Assembly: GCA_965203275.1 (NCBI GenBank)
Contig: OZ241865.1
Location: 1,440,001-1,504,000 of the forward strand
Reading direction: 5' to 3'
Source of the DNA: Bdellovibrionales bacterium
GTDB lineage: Bacteria; Bdellovibrionota; Bdellovibrionia; Bdellovibrionales; JAUICD01
DNA length: 64,000 nt
The notes beneath the pieces are model-generated. The model was not told where the DNA came from and made no database searches. It saw nothing but the letters and a program-made list of their open reading frames with translations. Below, piece after piece: positions 61,230-64,000 of this stretch (position 1 is its first letter; every line of letters starts with the position of its first letter). A program made the position numbers and the translations under genes.

Positions 61230-62312
61230 CTATTTAAAGAAACCTGTTTGAGCTTCTAATATCTTTTGATAAATATGATGAGCCTTTGAAGATGAGCTAG
61301 ATGATAGCTTCTTTTTTTTGGCACTTGATTTTTTCTTTTTAGTTGAGGGTGAATTTTCTTGAATTAATGATAGATTATGTGCCTGAAAAGCTTGTTGTAA
61401 ACTAGTTAATTGATCCAGAAGCTTCTTATTCACCAAAGTGCTTGCTTGAGATTGTGACTTTTCCCTTTTAGTTAGCTCTTTTGAAAAAACTTTAAGCTGT
61501 CCTAGAATTTCTTTTTTTTCTGATACAAGTGTTTGAATTTGTTTTTTAAGCTTTTCAACTTGCATAGAATGTTTTTTCTCTGATTGAGATTGACTTTCCT
61601 TGGATGCTATAAGGGCCTTTTCTAATTTTATAAAGTTATTTTTAAGCTTTAGGATATCTTGATTTAGTTTTTGATTTTTAATGAGATACTCTTGAGCTTT
61701 TTGGTTCTCTGCTTCTTTTTGAGTGAGTTGCTTTTGCATTTGACCTGTAGCCTTTTGAAAAGCTTTTTCTTTATCACGTAATTCTGAAGATAATCTTTGA
61801 ATATATTTGTAAGCATCTTTGAGCTGTTTTTGAAAAAGAAATATTTTCTCTTTTTGATAGAGAAGCTCTTTGTTGCCTTGAATAGATTCTTGTTTAATTT
61901 TTTGAATATAAGGCCTGACCCGTTGATGAATGTGTTCTCTATATTTTGCAAGACGAAGAGTATAAGCCCGAAGTTTTAAAATTTGATCTCTCCAAGCTTG
62001 TTTTTTTTCTAAAAAATGAGTGTACTCAAGTGCAAATTGTTTTTCCGTATCAGCTAAGTTATCTTTAAATTGTTGGTGAGAGTTTTGTAACCCTTGATAA
62101 GAGATTTGTAAACTTTGATAAGCTTTTTGAAGGTTTTGTAGTTTTTCTTCTTTATCTTGGTTAGCTCCAGATAGACTTTGGTATTGTGCCTTTAATTGTT
62201 GTATTTGTTTTTCTTTGTTTTTGCAATGGTGTGAAAAAGTAGCCACTTTACTAGAAAGAGTCTTATTTTGTTGAATAAGGGCTTCCATTGTTCTTGTAGG
62301 AAAATCTATCAT
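61230..62312 (-). CDS. Long coiled-coil hypothetical protein
   Basis: Q/K/E-rich heptads; AGGAG SD. Confidence 0.65.
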   Translation of the reverse strand: MIDFPTRTMEALIQQNKTLSSKVATFSHHCKNKEKQIQQLKAQYQSLSGANQDKEEKLQNLQKAYQSLQISYQGLQNSHQQFKDNLADTEKQFALEYTHFLEKKQAWRDQILKLRAYTLRLAKYREHIHQRVRPYIQKIKQESIQGNKELLYQKEKIFLFQKQLKDAYKYIQRLSSELRDKEKAFQKATGQMQKQLTQKEAENQKAQEYLIKNQKLNQDILKLKNNFIKLEKALIASKESQSQSEKKHSMQVEKLKKQIQTLVSEKKEILGQLKVFSKELTKREKSQSQASTLVNKKLLDQLTSLQQAFQAHNLSLIQENSPSTKKKKSSAKKKKLSSSSSSKAHHIYQKILEAQTGFFK

Positions 62313-62396
62313 AAAAAACTCCTTATCTTGATGTTTATAGTTTCATTTTCATTATAAGAAACTCTATCAAAATAAGTAAAGGTTTATTCCAAAAAA

Positions 62397-64000
62397 CTAC
62401 AACGTAGAAATAAGAACTGCAGAAATAATAGCTAACCCTATCAACATATACATAGCATATTGCTGAAGATTGCCGTTTTGTAATTGACTTAAACTAACAC
62501 CTGTTGCCCTAACTATATCCGTCATCTTATACGTAGCCCTATCAATTAAACCTATATCCACAACCTTCCATAACCTTTGGCTTAATCCTACAAAAGGCTT
62601 AACAAGCCATTTGTCATAAATTTCGTCTATCCAATATTTGTTGACTAAACATCGATATAACCTAGGATATTGTTTTTCTAAGCTAATATTTTGCTTCACC
62701 ATATAAATCCAAAAAGCTAAAACAGCAAACCCTAAAGCAACCAAAACAGACAAAGCCATCATAATAGCTTCTAATAGAACTTCTGGGGGTTGAAGTCCTG
62801 GCACTGCTATCAAAGGCAACCATTCTTCTAAAAAATGTGGGATATGTAAAGGATGCCCTATGAGATGAGGCAAACCCAAATAACCTCCTACCAGTGATAA
62901 AATAGCTAACAATATTAAGGGAAGGGTCATTGTGTAAGGGGATTCATGAGGATGTATTTTAGTATTAGACCTCTTAGTCCAAAAAGTCAAAGACATTAAC
63001 CTTGTCATATAAAAAGCCGTAAGAGCTGCACCGCAAACCCCTAAAAGCCAAAACACAACATGCCCCCTCGGACTATGAAAAGACATCCATAAAATCTCAT
63101 CCTTACTAAAAAATCCAGATAATAAAGGAAAACCAATAATAGCAAGCCATCCTATAACAAAAGTTATATACGTGATGGGCATTTCTTTTTTAAGCTGGCC
63201 CATTTTACGAATATCCTGCTCTCCATTTAAAGCATGGATCACACTTCCTGCTCCTAAAAACATCAAAGCTTTGAAAAAAGCATGAGTCATCAAATGAAAT
63301 AAAGCTGATGAAAAAGCCCCCACACCCACAGCTAAAAACATATATCCTAATTGAGATACAGTAGAATAAGCTAAGATTTTTTTAATGTCGTTTTGAGCCA
63401 CTGCAATAGAGGCAGCAAAAACTGCTGTGAAAATACCTACCACTGCAATAACAGTCATAGCTAAAGGAGTCAGTAAATAAAACGCATGAAGCCTCACAAT
63501 CATATAAATACCAGCAGTTACCATAGTGGCTGCATGAATTAAAGCCGATACAGGCGTTGGACCTGCCATAGCATCAGGGAGCCATGTATAAAGTGGAATC
63601 TGTGCTGACTTGCCTGTAGCCCCTATAAATAATAATAAAGCTGCTAGAGTGATCCACAAAGGGGTAGCTTCCTGATCTAAAAGTTGCTCTGTTGCAAAAG
63701 CATGGATCTGTGTAAATTCTAAACTTTCTGTATAAATAAAGATGAAAAACATACCTAAAAGCAATGCTGCATCACCTATGCGGTTCATCACAAAAGCCTT
63801 CATCCCAGCAGTCGCTTTTTGTGGGTCAGAAAACCAAAAACCAATGAGCAAATAAGAACACAATCCCACTCCTTCCCAACCAATAAACATCACAGGCAAG
63901 TTAGAAGCTAACACCAAAATCAACATATTAAATATAAAAAGATTAAGGTAAGAAAAGTATTTTGCAGGGTTTTTATCTTCATTCATATAACCTATACTAA
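62397..64000 (-). CDS. nuoL: NADH-quinone oxidoreductase subunit L (5' part outside the window)
   Basis: GWEGVGLCSYLLIGF, KSAQIPL..WLPDAMAGPTPVSALIHAATMV. Confidence 0.96.
   Translation of the reverse strand, partial: SIGYMNEDKNPAKYFSYLNLFIFNMLILVLASNLPVMFIGWEGVGLCSYLLIGFWFSDPQKATAGMKAFVMNRIGDAALLLGMFFIFIYTESLEFTQIHAFATEQLLDQEATPLWITLAALLLFIGATGKSAQIPLYTWLPDAMAGPTPVSALIHAATMVTAGIYMIVRLHAFYLLTPLAMTVIAVVGIFTAVFAASIAVAQNDIKKILAYSTVSQLGYMFLAVGVGAFSSALFHLMTHAFFKALMFLGAGSVIHALNGEQDIRKMGQLKKEMPITYITFVIGWLAIIGFPLLSGFFSKDEILWMSFHSPRGHVVFWLLGVCGAALTAFYMTRLMSLTFWTKRSNTKIHPHESPYTMTLPLILLAILSLVGGYLGLPHLIGHPLHIPHFLEEWLPLIAVPGLQPPEVLLEAIMMALSVLVALGFAVLAFWIYMVKQNISLEKQYPRLYRCLVNKYWIDEIYDKWLVKPFVGLSQRLWKVVDIGLIDRATYKMTDIVRATGVSLSQLQNGNLQQYAMYMLIGLAIISAVLISTL

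Overview
AT-rich bacterial window, most consistent with a Bdellovibrionota genome, possibly host-associated. This is an inference from the FQNC-type lipoprotein, sigma28-like promoters, type IV pilin and many ankyrin genes. A core block (prs, rplY, bamB-like, anmK, rph, iscA-like, hppD, trmL at 19-32 kb; nuoL at the right edge) is flanked by accessory DNA. The left side has a Panacea antitoxin, a SIR2-STAND-TPR protein, two ankyrin-metallopeptidase fusions, a 1482-aa Cys-rich repeat lipoprotein and an Rpn gene with a tandemly amplified C-terminal module. The right side (38-59.6 kb) is a defence island: Zorya type I with an HNH-tipped ZorD, an orphan N6-adenine MTase, an E2-only CBASS, a protease plus split HNH/HEPN pair, a Bub-like ubiquitin-like operon and TA modules. 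Two non-coding systems stand out. (1) A dispersed family of ~150-190 bp palindromic elements has strongly covarying stems and inserts into itself in nested fashion. (2) A ~380-400 bp repeat (promoters + hairpin + NYN-gene stub) occurs three times and separates different defence cassettes. No rRNA, tRNA or CRISPR array was recognised. All family assignments come from motif recognition by eye, not database searches.
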